DNA from: the human T2T-CHM13v2.0 reference genome, Homo sapiens
NCBI RefSeq assembly: GCF_009914755.1
Contig: NC_060927.1
DNA: 64,000 nucleotides
Strand: one strand, 5' to 3'
Shown one piece after another: positions 1-15,841 of this stretch; position 1 is the first letter of the stretch; each line of letters starts with the position of its first letter. The notes under the pieces were generated by a model. It ran no database searches and was not told the DNA's origin. It was given only the letters and a program-made list of their open reading frames with translations. Both the position numbers and the translations under genes were made by a program.

Positions 1-911
1 GACTGGAAAGCTGCCCAGTAGGTTTTGAGAAATGTAACTGACTGACCGCTAGTCTGTGTGATGTAACACCTCGCAGCCTCAGATTATGCAAAGTTCACAA
101 AGACTCACTAGTCTTCACACAGCTGGGAAACAGCTCTGTCTGTTGACTAGTGACATGAAAGCACTGTATATTTGGCTGTTTCCAGGCAAAAATGTGCAGA
201 GATGGGAGTTGAGGGGACCAAGAGGTAGAGCTGGCTGCCAGAAATTCTTTACTGAAGAATTGCTGATGTCTTCACTCCCTATGCTCAGATGCTTTTGTCC
301 TCTTTGTAGTTAAAACTTTAAAATTCTTAATGGTGAAGCAGTTTGGACCAGCCCTGCCTTGTAATTCAACCCAGCTCTAAGGAAGTGATTCTTGCAGAAG
401 AACATAAGAGGAAACTGTTCCAAAGCCTAAGACTGAAGGTAGTCATAAGGACGGTGCTTGAAATTAAGTTGAAATTGGATGAGACACTCAACAAAAGTAT
501 TAATAGGATGTTTCTGTCATCAGAAAAAGGTGTAGAGAGAATGAAGGGAGACAAAGGGCATGGGGGAACAGGTAGAAAAAAAAACAAGAGCTTTTCCAGA
601 GTCATAATATCTGCACAATAGTTCACATGGTCCTAAGCCAAACGAGATATTTTTGAAAACTAATATGAGAAGACGTTTCAGTACTTTCCTCGTTTAAAAA
701 AGTCTGCTACTATATTTACACAACCTGAAAAAATCCATAAATGTCTAATTTCTTATTTCCACGAGCTTGATTTCAAATTTTCTCTCTCATTTTTGTCACT
801 GACTCATCTGCTTTTCTGGTGAACAACCACAAGCAATGCTTCACCAAAAATGACACCAACAAACCTTTAAGGTGTTACAGCATCTTAACACTTCCACTTA
901 CTTATGGGGTG

Positions 912-1253
912 TGCTACGATCTGAATGTTTATGTGCCCTCAAAATTCATATGTTGAAATCCTAATCCCCAAAGTGATGGTATTAGCAGGTGGGGCCTTTG
1001 GGACGTGATTAGGGATTAGTGCCCTTATAAAGGGGCCCAAGAGAGAAACCCTCACCCTTTCTACTATGTGAGCACAACAACAGAAAGACAGCCATCTGTG
1101 AACCAGTAAGTGGGTCCTCACCAGACCCTGAATCTGCTAGCACCTTGATCTAGGGGTTCCTAGCCTCCAAAATTACGAGAAATAAATTTCTGTTGTTTAT
1201 AAGCTATCCAATTTCTGGTATTTTTGTTACAGCAGCCTAAATGCACTAAGACA
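912..1253 (+). mobile_element. MaLR solo LTR, MLT1A-like
   Basis: TG...CA ends; motifs aaattcatatgttgaaatcctaatcccca, aataaatttctgttgtttataagc and ...ctaagaca; 5-bp flanks gggtg/gagtg. Confidence 0.8.
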
Positions 1254-1370
1254 GAGTGGTTTCTGGTATTTCTGTTACAGCAGCCTAAATGGCCTAAGAC
1301 AGAGTGGTTTTCAAATGTATACATCCAATTACCAACCAGAAGCATTTTCTTCCCTAAATAAAGAAAAAAG

Positions 1371-1809
1371 TGCTATAGTTTGGATGACTGTCCCCCCAAA
1401 TCTCTGTTGATATCTAATTCCAACATTGGAGGTGGGGCCTAATGGGAGGTGTTTGGGTTATGGGGGTGGACACCTCATGAAGAGATTAATGCTGTCCCAG
1501 GGTGGTGGTGGGCAGAGAGTGAGCTCTGCTCTATTAGTTCTTGCAAGAGCTGGTTGTTAAAAGAGCCTGGAACTTCTCTCCTCTCTCTCTCCATTGCCTC
1601 CTTTCTCTCCATGTAATCTCTGCACATGCAGGCTAGTCTTTGCCTTCTGCCATGATCGGAAGCAGCCTGAGGCCCTCATCAGAAACTGAGCAGACGCCGG
1701 TGCCATGTTTCTTGTGCAACCTGCAGGACCATGAGCCAAACAAACCTCTTTCTTTACAAATCACCCAGCCTCAGGTATTTCTTCATGTCAACACAAATAG
1801 ACTAAGATA
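1371..1809 (+). mobile_element. MaLR solo LTR, MST (MSTB/MSTD-like)
   Basis: Starts tgctatagtttgga; contains ggaggtggggcctaatgggaggtgtttggg and aaacctcttttctttacaaatcacccagcctcaggtatttc; ends actaagata. Flanks aaaag/gaaag. Confidence 0.8.
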
Positions 1810-3195
1810 GAAAGCAGAGGCTACTCATCTAAAAAACCATAAGTGCACTTGCTTACATGAAGGTAGGAGGTTTTTCTGGCCATTCTCTCCATAGCTTTGT
1901 TAATTTGGGTGGGAAAAACATAAACAACTCTGTAACCCATATGTTATTCATAAGCTTTAGCCCTCCACCTTTACATCTTAGCCCAAATGAACTTGAATAT
2001 CCCTCTTTCACACATTTCCACCACTGCAAAACAGACAGAGGATAGAAATCCAGAGAATGGGTTACTCAGGGGCAGCAGGAGGCTTACAATGAAACCAAAT
2101 TATTGAGTAACAATCTCTTTTCTTCTAGATAACAACTGCTTTAAATTCCTAAACTTTCTTCAGTGATTTATTTGAAAAAATGTTAAAATCCTACAGGTGT
2201 CCAGCACTTAATAGACAGTCAAGAAATGCTTGATAAGACTTACTGTGCCCTTATGTACATCATCTCATTTCATCTTAATAACAACCCTAACAACAGGCAT
2301 ATTATGATCCCATTTTAGAGGTGAGGCAATTAAGGCTTGAAGGTTAGAAGAGCCTCCCAGGGGCCCTCAACAACAGGGCAAAGAGAACACATGAACCCGA
2401 ATATTGCTGATCCCAGGATATGGATACTAACCACACGCAATACACTAGCTCTATTCAGGGCACCTTGGAGTCAGCCTGTGGACCCAACGCCTGCATCTAA
2501 CCTTCACCCACGATCTGATGGGACTTCATCCCTCACCTATCCAAACACAGCAAAGACACGGGGCACCTAAAAACAGCTTTCAGCAAAATACTAGGGGTGA
2601 TCTCCTGCCCAGGACTCTTCTCTGCACACACACTGCTGATGCCAGGGGAAAAGCTCATCACTGCCCTTCCTGGGGATGGGGTGGCTGCAAGGCCTGCAAC
2701 ATACAAAGATTACGCGGTGCCTCTGCTCTTTAAATTCCCTGTAAATATATGGATGGAATGAGTGAGAAAGATGGCTGCTCAGGTCCATCTGGTAGTTATT
2801 TTCTTTACAAGAGTAATCATTATGTTATACCACTTCCCTTTCTTATTGTAACAGGCTTATTAGGACACTATTAGTCAAGGGGAGACAGAGGCTAACCCAT
2901 GGCATAAAAGCTTGGGTGAGCAAAGAATAGTAAGACTTGTGCTTTCAAAGGCATATGTGGGTGTCTGATTGATCCCCTGGGTTAAAGCTGCTCAGTTTTA
3001 CCTTTCTATCCAATGGTGCCTACCACAGGGCCTGGCACTAGGGGTATGAGAATGTGAGGAGCTAAACTGCAGAATACATTTGGAAGAACTTCACTTCATT
3101 CCTACTGTTAACCACTCTTAAAATTACCAGGATAAAAATTAAAGAGCTGTGCTCATATTCCATCCAGGACATCATCTCTTTTTTGTCTAAATCTA

Positions 3196-3491
3196 TTTTT
3201 TTTTTTAACAGGGTCTCACTCTGTTGCCCAGGCTGGAGTGCACTGGCACGATCTGGTCTTGGCTCGCAGCAACCTCTGCCTCCAGAGTTCAAGCAATTCT
3301 CCTGCCTCAGCCTCCCCAGTAGCTGGGACTACAGGTGTGCACCAGCACACCTGGCTAATTTTTGTATTTTTAGCAGAGACTGGGTTTCACCATGTTGGCC
3401 AGACTGATCTCAAACTCCTGACCTCAAGTGATCTTCCCGGCTAGGCCTCCCAAACTGCTGAGATTACAGGCGTGAGCCACCATGCCCAGCC
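3196..3491 (-). mobile_element. Alu (AluS-type)
   Basis: Full dimeric Alu in reverse with poly-T; TSD-like taaatct on both flanks. Confidence 0.93.
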
Positions 3492-5418
3492 TAAATCTCT
3501 TTCACAGCCAGGATCTGTTTTGTTTTGTACTCCATGTGCTCTACACTGGACCTATGTAAATGGGAACATGGTATGGGATGAAAACATTTCATGGACCAGA
3601 AGCCAACAGGCAAACTAACATGAGCCAGTGGAGGACACTTGGCAAGTTATTTAACTTTCTGAGCTTCTGTTTTTTCATCTGTAAAATGGAAGGAAAGAGT
3701 CATGGGTAAGAGCACCGACCTTGCAGGGTCTTTCTGAGGATGAAATAAAATAATGCATGTACACCTCCAATCCAAACAGTACTTGGCATACATAATAATG
3801 GTGCTTTGAAAGCCTGTGTGAGACTTCAGAGAAGGGCACCGCCCCAGGAAAAAATTCTTTTCTTATTTTGGTAACAGTGTGAGCTCGGAGATGGGCCACA
3901 CTGGGTTCAAATCCCAGCTCTACATTTAGAATCTAACTTCTAGCCTTAATCTTTCATAATCTGCTACTCCCATTAAAAAAAGAGGTCTATCTAATGAAGA
4001 ACATGGAGAAGATAATGTATGCACATACAGAAAGCACCTTAAGTGTATGGCACCCAGTGGAACTCAATGAATATTATTTTCTTTTCTTTTAAGCTCCTTG
4101 GTCTACGGTCCAATGCATAATTGCCTTATAAATAGATTCTTACTCATCAAATATTTTTATAGCGAGGCAAGCACCATTTCTGAACACAGAAAGAGCCACT
4201 TACAGACAAATCTCAACAGAATTGCCAATTCAAATTGTCTGGTTATACTCATTTAATCCAGTGTAGCTGGGTAACATATTTGTAAAACAAATCCTAATTT
4301 TCCTTATAAATCACAGAAATGAAATAGAAGTGACAATCTGTAACTTTTTTTTAGCAGAAGTGCGCTGTTTTGTTAGATATACTATGGAATGGCCCTGTGC
4401 AGGAGCTTTTCAGAAACAAAATATACTTCATGGTGAATACTCTAACAGATACATTTCAAAGTGTTTGGACATCTGGAACACCTTTTGATACAATTGTCTA
4501 TCAGATTTACTTATTTCCAGTTCTGAAAAGGACAAAATAGTTTCTAGGATTTGGGGCTTTATAAAACTTGATCTGGGTGGATCTAGTGGAACAAAAATAA
4601 TGCCTCCCCTAAACCTGAAAACAATTTTGTTAACTGGGTCATCACGGAGAAACTCATTCTTTTTAAACACGAGCCCACTTTTGGTTAGCAACCTGAAAAG
4701 TTTTGATGACTGCCAAGACAGGCCTTTCAATCTTGAACTCATCACCAAATGAATACATATCAAGAGCTTACAGTGCACATGGCAATGGATTAGTGCCACA
4801 GACATGGTACTGGACAAGACAGACTCTTCCACTTATTTAGTTACAGCTATGATAAATGCCATGCAGGAGGATAACCAAAGTAAGAGTCTCAGGGCACCAG
4901 ATGTAGTCTGCGAGGTCCGAGAGGCCTGGCTTCCTAGAGGTAGTGATGCTTCAGCTGAGATGAGAATAGAAAGAACCATTGTCTAGTGATAAGCAAATCC
5001 TAAGTGCAGACAGAAAGGCTGTGGGCAAGAGGAGAGAAGTGGAAATTTTGCAGGTTATTTAGTGCAGAGTACTTGGTAAGATTGTTCCAGGTAGACAGAA
5101 GAGCAAGTGCAAAGGCCTGGAGGCAGAGAGGAGCTCAGGGGCACATGCATCGACTCTCAGAGACATGAGAAGCTGAAAGAAGAGGATGAAGGGGAGAAGA
5201 ATCCAGGCAGGTGGAAGCCGGTAGGATCCAGAGCATGTTGGACCTTATAGCCAACCAAGAGAAATGGGACAGCATAGGAGGCTTGAGGGAGAGTGATAAA
5301 AGATACACATTTCTAAGAGATTAATTCCTGATGCTAGGTAAAGAAGGAATTGAAGAGGAGCAAGAAGATTTGTAGAGGAAAGAGTTATGGTCCAGGCAAG
5401 AGTGTCTGAGACAAAGGC

Positions 5419-5652
5419 CAATTTTGCCCCTCAAGGGACGTTTGGCAATGTCCACAAATACTGTTGATACTACTTGGAAAGCGCTACTAGCCTCTAGTAG
5501 GTAGGTAGGTAGATGCCCGGGATGTTGCTAAACATCCTACAATGCACAGGTCAGCCTCCCACCCCCATCACCACTACCACCACCACCAACAACACACCCA
5601 CACCCAAGAATTATCCATTCCAAAATGTTGGCAGTGCTGATTCAGAAACTCT
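5419..5652. mobile_element. MER20 DNA transposon fragment with an internal (CCA)n-like tract
   Basis: Contains ttttgcccctcaagggacgtttggcaatgtc, gatgttgctaaacatcctacaatgcacagg and aagaattatccattccaaaatg. Confidence 0.75.
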
Positions 5653-6041
5653 GGTTTGGACCACGGTGGTCATTTGAGTGAGCTGGAGAGCTGTGAATAG
5701 ATTCAAAATGTATTTAGGAGGTAAAATCCGCAGGATTCAAAGACAGACTGGATGGGAGGTTAAAGAACAAAAGGTATCGAGGATGTATCTCAAGTTTTTC
5801 AATCAATCCAAGGAAAGTTATGTCCAGAATTGTTCCTTTCCCAGAAAGAAAAGCAAAAAAGATGTTTGCTCTGGAGTGTTTTTGCTCTAAGAATCAGGGG
5901 GTAAGTCAGGATGGGAAACTGAGGCTGGGAGCAGAACCCTTTAACTCACTCAAGTGTAGCAATCCCAAGTCTGCTGCAGCTCAGATGTGGCCTCAGTGAG
6001 ATCAGAGATGCCTGTCTAGGCTATGATTACCTGTCATTTAA

Positions 6042-6363
<322 letters not shown>

Positions 6364-8009
6364 TAGGCAGTCTGGGTTTTAAAATTTTATCCTGGTCTTA
6401 AGAAATTTAGGAAGGTGTTTAGACAATGACCAGTGAAACCATAACTGTGTGAAGACCAATACATGTTTGGTCTATATCTACCTGAGCGTAAGCTCTTCGT
6501 CTAGCTTAGCGGCTACTTAAAGGACCAGCATCATCTGGGAGCTCATTGGAAATGCAGAATATCAGGCCCCTGGCCAGCCCTAATGGATCAGAATCTCTAG
6601 GGGTGAGACTCAGGAATCTGTGTTAAGCTCTCCAGTGACTCCAATCACGCTAAGGCTTGAGAATCCTTAATATAGCTCACATAGTAGAACAGAAGAGACA
6701 ACGTCTATGCTGGTACAGCACTAACAAACCCTAAGCGTTCAGCAGGTGTCAAAAAAACTGAAACCTAAGATAATTTAAAGAATGCCACATCATTTGTGCA
6801 AGTTCTAGGCTGCTGAAGAGCTGGTACTGAAAATCTGAGTGTTTCTAATCTCCTTCAGCTTATAACAGAGAAGCAAACATTAGGGCTTATTTTAAAAAGA
6901 AAATAAAAATGTTGCACATGAGAGTTTCCAGGACATATAAATCCTTCTGCCTTTTAGAAGAGAATAAACAGTACCCAGCAGGAGCAGAGAGCCGGCCCAA
7001 TGAAATAAACAAGTTCTTAAACAGCTTCCAATGGGAGGAGTTTTATGGTTGACCCAGGAACAGCAAAAGCGTTCAGTAAGGGCCACTGAGGGTTAATTTC
7101 GGGGCAAGGAGAGACAGCAAGCTTCCCTAAGGCCTCAGCTGAGGCCAGGCTGGGTCTGAGGCCAGGGAAACTATCTAGGGCAGCTTCTGGGCCAGACCAT
7201 CCTTTGCTGTTCTCAAGGCTGGCACTGAGGTTGGTAAAAGTTCCAAGCAGGGCTCCAACACCCGAACAAACCTTTCTCCGTAAGTTCAAAATCAACATCT
7301 TGTCTCTAAGCTTAACATCCTTCTTTATGCTACCCACTAACTCAACAGAGCCTCAAAAACATCCACAGTTTTGATTCAAGTATCATATTTTTGACTCTGA
7401 GGGAGATTTTACCCAAACACTCCAGAAAGAAAACAGAAAGTTAAGAAGAAATAATAAACTAGCTCAACAATAAATGATGCATAAACTCTGGGGCAGTGAA
7501 TGGCTTATTTATAAATAAGCGTCACTTAAAACGACGAAGGAAGTCCAGATGACAGCATAAACAGCAGAAACTCGGGAACTCCTTCACCCTAAATCTGGCG
7601 CCTGATTGAAGACCAAGCTTTGCCCTCTGTTTTGGTGATTCGAAGGCTCACACCAGTCTTTTGTGTGCCTGTGAGGTCCTGGGCAAGCTGTGGAGCTGTA
7701 AATATTTGCCCTTCGCCCAGAGCTGGCCAGCTGCTGAGACTGCAGCTGACAGACAGGCCAGGGGCCAGGAAGGGGGGCCAGGTCGGAAAACTTGCAGGCC
7801 TGGTGTGCACGTAAGGAAAGGGGGCTGGGAGAGGGCAGAGAGAGGCAAAGCAGACACAGGCCCTTGGGGGAGCCTCGGGCAAATATTTTCCCCTTTCTGC
7901 CACACCATCTGGAGCAGGCAACCAGAGCGGTGGCAGCAGGCCCAGGCCCCTCCCCAGGAAGGCAGAAGTACCCAGCTGTTGAAAATGTGGCTTCTGCAAT
8001 CAGGGAAAC

Positions 8010-8195
8010 CAGTGGTTCTCAACCTGGGCGACTTTGCCCCTCCAGAGGACACTTGACAATATTTGGATTGTCACGACTTGGGAGGGAGGCCAAGAATGCT
8101 GCTAAACATCCTACAATGCACAGCACAGTACCTCCCCTCCCAACTAAGAGTTATGGGGCCCAAAATGCCAATATGCCCCAAAACTGAGAACTCTG
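8010..8195. mobile_element. MER20
   Basis: Runs cagtggttctcaacctgggcgactttgcccc...gctgctaaacatcctacaatgcacag...ctgagaactctg. Confidence 0.8.
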
Positions 8196-8739
8196 AGGTA
8201 GAATCTGAGTCCGGCTCTGCTCCCTGAGTCACTACTTAATTTTGGACAAGTTATATAACTTCTCTGAGTCTGTTCCCTCATCTCAAAGGACAACATAGGT
8301 AATGCATGTAAAGTACTTCCTATTGTTGGTGGCACTTAATAAACACTCAATAAATGGTCCTTGTGGTTGCACTGAGGAGCAACATGATAGTTTATAGAAC
8401 GTGGGCTGGAAAGATGGGCACGCAAAGGTTCAACATGCAGCTTTGCACCCAAAAGCTGTGACCCAGGCATGAAACTGCCCCTTAATGAGCCTCAGTTTTT
8501 TCATCTACTAAGTGGGAAGGGTCACACCAACCTCACTTGATTAAAAAGGAAATGACTGGGAAGAATGCAGCACCCAGCCTGGAGCAAAGTAAACCCTCGC
8601 TCAAGGGGACCGCTCAGGTGGAGAAGTTAAAAATAATTCTAGGTAACACTTGTTGAGCATTTATTTACTCTCTGCCAGGCACAGTACGAGGCCCTTCTAC
8701 TAAACTCTCTCCCTGAAGCCTGACAAAAACCTTTCGCAC

Positions 8740-10800
<2,061 letters not shown>

Positions 10801-12772
10801 CCCTCCCCCTTCCTCTAGTGGCTGATTGCAGAGGACTAAAAATATCTTGGGGCCCGCTATCTCAGCACTTACGGTCTTTATTTATTTATTTCATTCCAGG
10901 GAAAGTTACAGAGCCTGCGGGAAGCTCCGGCTGCAACTTCAGTTCTGACCAGAGGTTCTGTGAACCTTCAGGATTTAGCAGGTTTCCAGGACCGGTGGGT
11001 GAATCTACCCGGGGAAGTTTTGGTGGACAAGAGCTGCTCGCCAGCTGTCGGAGTGGGAGAGGCCAGCGTGCTGGCTCCATCCACTTCACCTAACACCTCT
11101 GAAGTGTCTGCCCTGCAGTGTGGCAAGCGTGGTGCTGAGCGCTTCTAAATCCGTCGCTTTAAAGATCATTAGTACAATGTTGTGAGAGGGTTAGCTCCAT
11201 TTGAAAATTATTTTCCCGTGATTACAAAAGAAGCGATGCTGACTGCAGAAGTTAGAACTGGGAGAAGACTCATCACCCCCATGATCATGTCAACAACTGC
11301 CCTCCTTCAGTTTTGGTTTGTTTTGTGTGTACACTCTGTCATCTTTCCATTGAGGAAACTCAGGCTAGAAGAAGGATAAAAACAAAACAGAAAACAAAAC
11401 AAAACAAAAGTGCCCTGTAGGGTCCTGTAGGTCAGTGTTTCTCACATTTTAATGTGGTTGCGGTTCTGATACAGTGGGTCTGGGGCGGGTTCTGAGAATC
11501 TCCATACTGAAAGCACTTCCAAGTGATGCCAATGCTGCTAGTCCATGCTGGTCCTTGGATTCCCACTTGATTGGAAAACCCTGGCGATCCATAGATCTGG
11601 ACATTCATTCCCTGCAGTACAGCAAACCTGGCTGGGTAGGATTCAGCAACAGTCCTGAGCAATGGAGGAATATTTTTGGAATTCCAAACTGGGTGTAAAG
11701 TTCATAGCATCATCCATTGATTTTATTTTATTTTATTTTTACCTCCCAAGGCTATAGACATTCCTAAGAAACACGCAGTCAGCTTTTGGTGAGAGTGGAA
11801 TCAAGCTATGGAATTCTCATTTGGAATCTGCTTCCAGTTTCTGAACAGTGAAGCGGGAGAGTTCTGAACAGTAAAGCAGGAGCTCTGTATTCAGCGAGAC
11901 TCTGGGGCCTGGAAAGTGGGATTACAGCATCCATTTTGTCTAATTGCTTTCCTTCTTTCTTTTATGTGGCTGCTAAAGCCCCATGACCTTCACTATTTAA
12001 CTGCTTCATCAGAGTGAAAGAATTGCCTTGATGTTCATAAGGATTACTTGTTTCACACTGACCTTTAAAAAGTTGTCACTCACTAGATTTTTCAGTGCAT
12101 GGTTGAGGTCACTGGACAGTGTTCTTTAATCAGTTTTGGTGGCATTTGTTGCCTATTTGAGGTGGAGACTTTCTTTTAATTGCTTTAATCAATTAATGCA
12201 TTGCTTTGATAGGATTCTGCATGGGGTGGAATATTATTGGCCTTTGTTCAGATAAGCTTGTGCCAGGGAATCCTCCATCAGTATATTCATTAAACTGCTC
12301 ATGGGCTCTCAGATAATGGGTAGGAAACAAATTCTTTCACCAAAGGTGTGTGGGCTTGTCAGTTTCACAGAATGAGCTAGTGTCAACAGGGTGATAATCT
12401 TCAAACCAAACTGGTTTTGAGAAACAGAGAAGTTCTGTCCTACACCATAAATGTAAATTAGTGCTTACTTGGGGTGTACACTTTTTTGGAGATGTTCTAC
12501 CACCCCTCGGGTGGTCTCCCAGATGGCAGATTGAGAGGTTGTTGCTGAAATGCTACAGCTGAGGCCACAGAGAAGCCATAGCCTACTGTGGATTGGCCTC
12601 TTTAGGCAAAAGGAAAGTCTGTGCCACTCCTCAATGGTTAATTTTAGTATCAAAATTCTTGGAGGTTAGAAAAAAAATCCTACAATGTCAGAGCTGGCAA
12701 GACTATTATTTCAGTCACCAAACTTAACAGGAGAAACGAGAGCCAAAAATATTAGGAAAAAGGAGTTGAGGG

Positions 12773-12952
12773 CAGAGTTACTCAACCTTGGTACTACTGA
12801 CATTTTCATTCAAATAATTATTTGTTGTGGTGTGTGTGGGGGTGGGGGGTTGGTTATCGTCTGCATTGCAGGATATTTAGGAGCATCTCTGGCCACTATC
12901 CAATAGACATAGTAACAACCCCTTGTTGTGACAACCAGGTTGAGAACCACAG
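12773..12952. mobile_element. MER20 (opposite orientation to the copy at 8010)
   Basis: Runs ctcaaccttggtactactgacatttt...gcattgcaggatatttaggagcatctctggcc...gttgtgacaacc...ggttgagaaccac. Confidence 0.75.
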
Positions 12953-14580
12953 TTTTAAGGAAGCTTTCTGCTCATTACTGAAGTCAGGCAATGCTGTCAG
13001 CCCACATTTTCTGCTGGCTGTGGAACCACCTGGTGAATGCTGCACAGTGAGAGAGGGATGTTATTATAAATCGAAAACTCAAGGCACCATACCAATAAAC
13101 ATGAATAAAAACTGTAGGAAGATGAATGTTTGGTGTGGCAGGCCTCCTGAGAAAAGTAGCTGATTTTTCTGACATGGATTAGATACTTACTCAACCGTCC
13201 CAGAAACATCTGAGTGTTTATATATGGATGAATTCCTTGTGGACAGCTGGATTGGTCACTTTGCAAATTATTTTTGCGACTTCCACTACCTCTTGCTCTT
13301 ACCCCTTCCTTTTATCATCTGATTCTGCACTTTCTAACCAAAATGTGGCCCCAAGCCTAATAAAAATACTATTTCTATATTCACCACGATCCCATTCTGA
13401 TTTTAAACTCTGTTTTTAGTGTTCTTTCCATCAGCATGTTTAATCAGAAGTTGATAATAATATCTACCACTTTTTTGGGAACTGTTACTAGGTATCAGGC
13501 ACTGTGCTCAGCACTTGACCTTCATTGTCTCATTAATCCTCACTGCACATAGAGAGGTAGATATGTTGTCCACCCTGTTTTACAGATGGAGAGACTGAGG
13601 TTTATAGAGGTTACATAAGATATCTAAGTAGGCGTAGGTACCTTATAAGGTTACATAAGGTATGCCTCCAGTCAGGGATGTCAACAGGAGAATTTCAGAA
13701 CCCTCACTCTTAATCACCATAAGCATTATGCGTCTCCTCCATAAGCTCCAGCTCAGGAGGCACTCCCTTACAAATGATATGGATAAGAACTCCACCCCTC
13801 CATGTTTGCTGGTTATCAATCCTCAGCTGCTCGTAGGGTCTGGATAATTTGTGGCTTCAGTACTAGAAAAAACAAACAAAAAGAAAGTCAAGGGTTTTTA
13901 CATTTGTTTTTTAAATTTTCTTCCCCAGGCGTACATATTTGTATTCTACTAGCTAAAATAGCACTATACAATTAGATAAGGATCTGCTTTTACCAAATGA
14001 AAGTACCACCAGAGCGTAATAAGGTACAGCAGTCATCCACAAAAACAAGTGTGAAACATTTCGGTCAGACTGCTTGCCTGTTAACATAGCCAATGTTAGC
14101 CATCCTGGAGCCTGACACATTCGTTTGGCCATGGGTTGAAAGGTAGGGAGAAGAGAAGGTAGTTCTCTATTCTGGAGACTTTTGAAGACTTTGGTAAGTC
14201 AGGATGAGTTATCACAGTAGGGACACTAGGCAGAAGAGCAAGAATTGCGAAAATACTTCTTACAAATTTGAGCAAATTCTGGTCTGCAAAAGTCTGGCTC
14301 TCCTTTCCCAACTCTCCAGATGGGATTAGTTTCCACAGCCCCAAGCACATACCCTTGTATAACAATGATCACACTTGAAATGTCTTAATTTATCTAATAA
14401 TTATTTAGTAGCTATTATATGCAAAGAAGAGGCTGTTCTTGCACTGGGGCTACAAAGGCTACCAAAAATAATAAGCAGTGTCCCTCCCCTCTTAAGCCTT
14501 CATTTCACGATAAGGAACAGCAGATATCAATAAATGAATAATAAATGAGATGATTATGGAATATGATAAGTTCCCTAATA

Positions 14581-14745
14581 CAGTGCTGCTCAAAGTGTGG
14601 TCTGGGGACCAGAAACATGGGCATAACCTGGAAGCATGTTGAAAGTGCAGAATCTCAGGCCGCACCTTGGACCTACTGAATCAGAATCTGCCTTTTAGCA
14701 AGATCACCAAGTGATTTGTGTGCACTTAAAGTTTGAGAATCACTG
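14581..14745 (+). mobile_element. MER5A, inserted in an L2 remnant
   Basis: Runs cagtgctgctcaaagtgtggtc...gcagaatctcaggccgcacc...gacctactgaatcagaatctg...aaagtttgagaatcactg. Confidence 0.85.
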
Positions 14746-15841
14746 CTGTCAACACCATAAAAGCAGCTTACATGCTGGAGAAAAATCAAAGGGGCCCATT
14801 TGAAATAGGGCTGTCTGGGGAGGGGAAGTGTGAGTTGTCGCTTGAAGGGTGAGACTGAGCCAGCAATAGCTGGGAGAAGAACAATCCAGGCAGAACAAGA
14901 GAAAGTGCTGAGGTTCGAAGCAAGCACATGGTCTATTTGAATTAGACAGAGTGTGCCTAGAACTTGGAGCAGAGTAAGCCGAGCGAAGAAGAATCAAACA
15001 AGGGTAAAAAGTAGGCGAGAACCAAATGGACACGGGCCTGCAGGACCTGTGGAGGAAAGAGATTGAATTGATTCTAGTGCTGATTGGCACTGAAGTATTT
15101 TGGGCAGCAGAGGAGCACAGCTTGATCAATGTCTAGTGTCCATGCCACATATTACACTCTATTATAGAGTAGGGCAATCGTGTTCACGTTCTGTCCCCCA
15201 TGTTTAACACTTAGTAGAAACGTAATAAATATTGAACAAATAACTGTTCCCTCTTCCTGCTCCATGTAAGTTCCTGCTGCTCAGCTCTTAAGCGTGGGTT
15301 GGTACTACCAGCATGAGGTATATGTATCACAGTATGAGTTAAATAGGCCTCTGTGTCCTAGTTGGAGTACCTATCAACATTTAGAACATTGTTCCCATAA
15401 CAAAATCAATTCAGAATTATGAACAGCCAACTCCCACATGAATAAGTAGATCACTATCTGGTTGCGAATTGGTAGGCTTTGTATAGACTATGCATGTGTA
15501 TATATACATATAAATGTTCACATACATACCTATGTATTTATAAACATACATGTACGTGCATACATACATGCATGTGGAACAAAAAAATTGTTTAGCTGAG
15601 CATAACAGAACATCCAAATAACCATGGAATAAACTAGTTAGAAATTAATCTCTCTCTCAAGTGAAAAAATATGAGCCATTGTTAGCAGGCTGAGGCTGGT
15701 ATAGTGGCTTCCAGGTCACCAGGGACTCAGGATTCTTTTCTCTTTCTGCTCCACCATCTGTAGGGCCTGGCGTCTATGCTCATTTCATGGAGCGAGATAG
15801 CTGCTGCACAGCCAACCATTCCAGGCAGAAAAATGGAGGAA

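Noticed and set aside
1160-1345. ORF with the repeated peptide NHSVLxHLGCCNxNTRN
   Set aside because: It results from the 48-bp DNA duplication at an LTR end and is not a protein repeat.
7131-7146. 16-bp perfect palindrome ggcctcagctgaggcc
   Set aside because: About one such palindrome is expected by chance in 64 kb (64000/4^8 is roughly 1).
7589-8187. Cluster of 131-136-aa overlapping ORFs on both strands
   Set aside because: GC-rich intronic sequence partly running into MER20; no homology or exon signals recognised.
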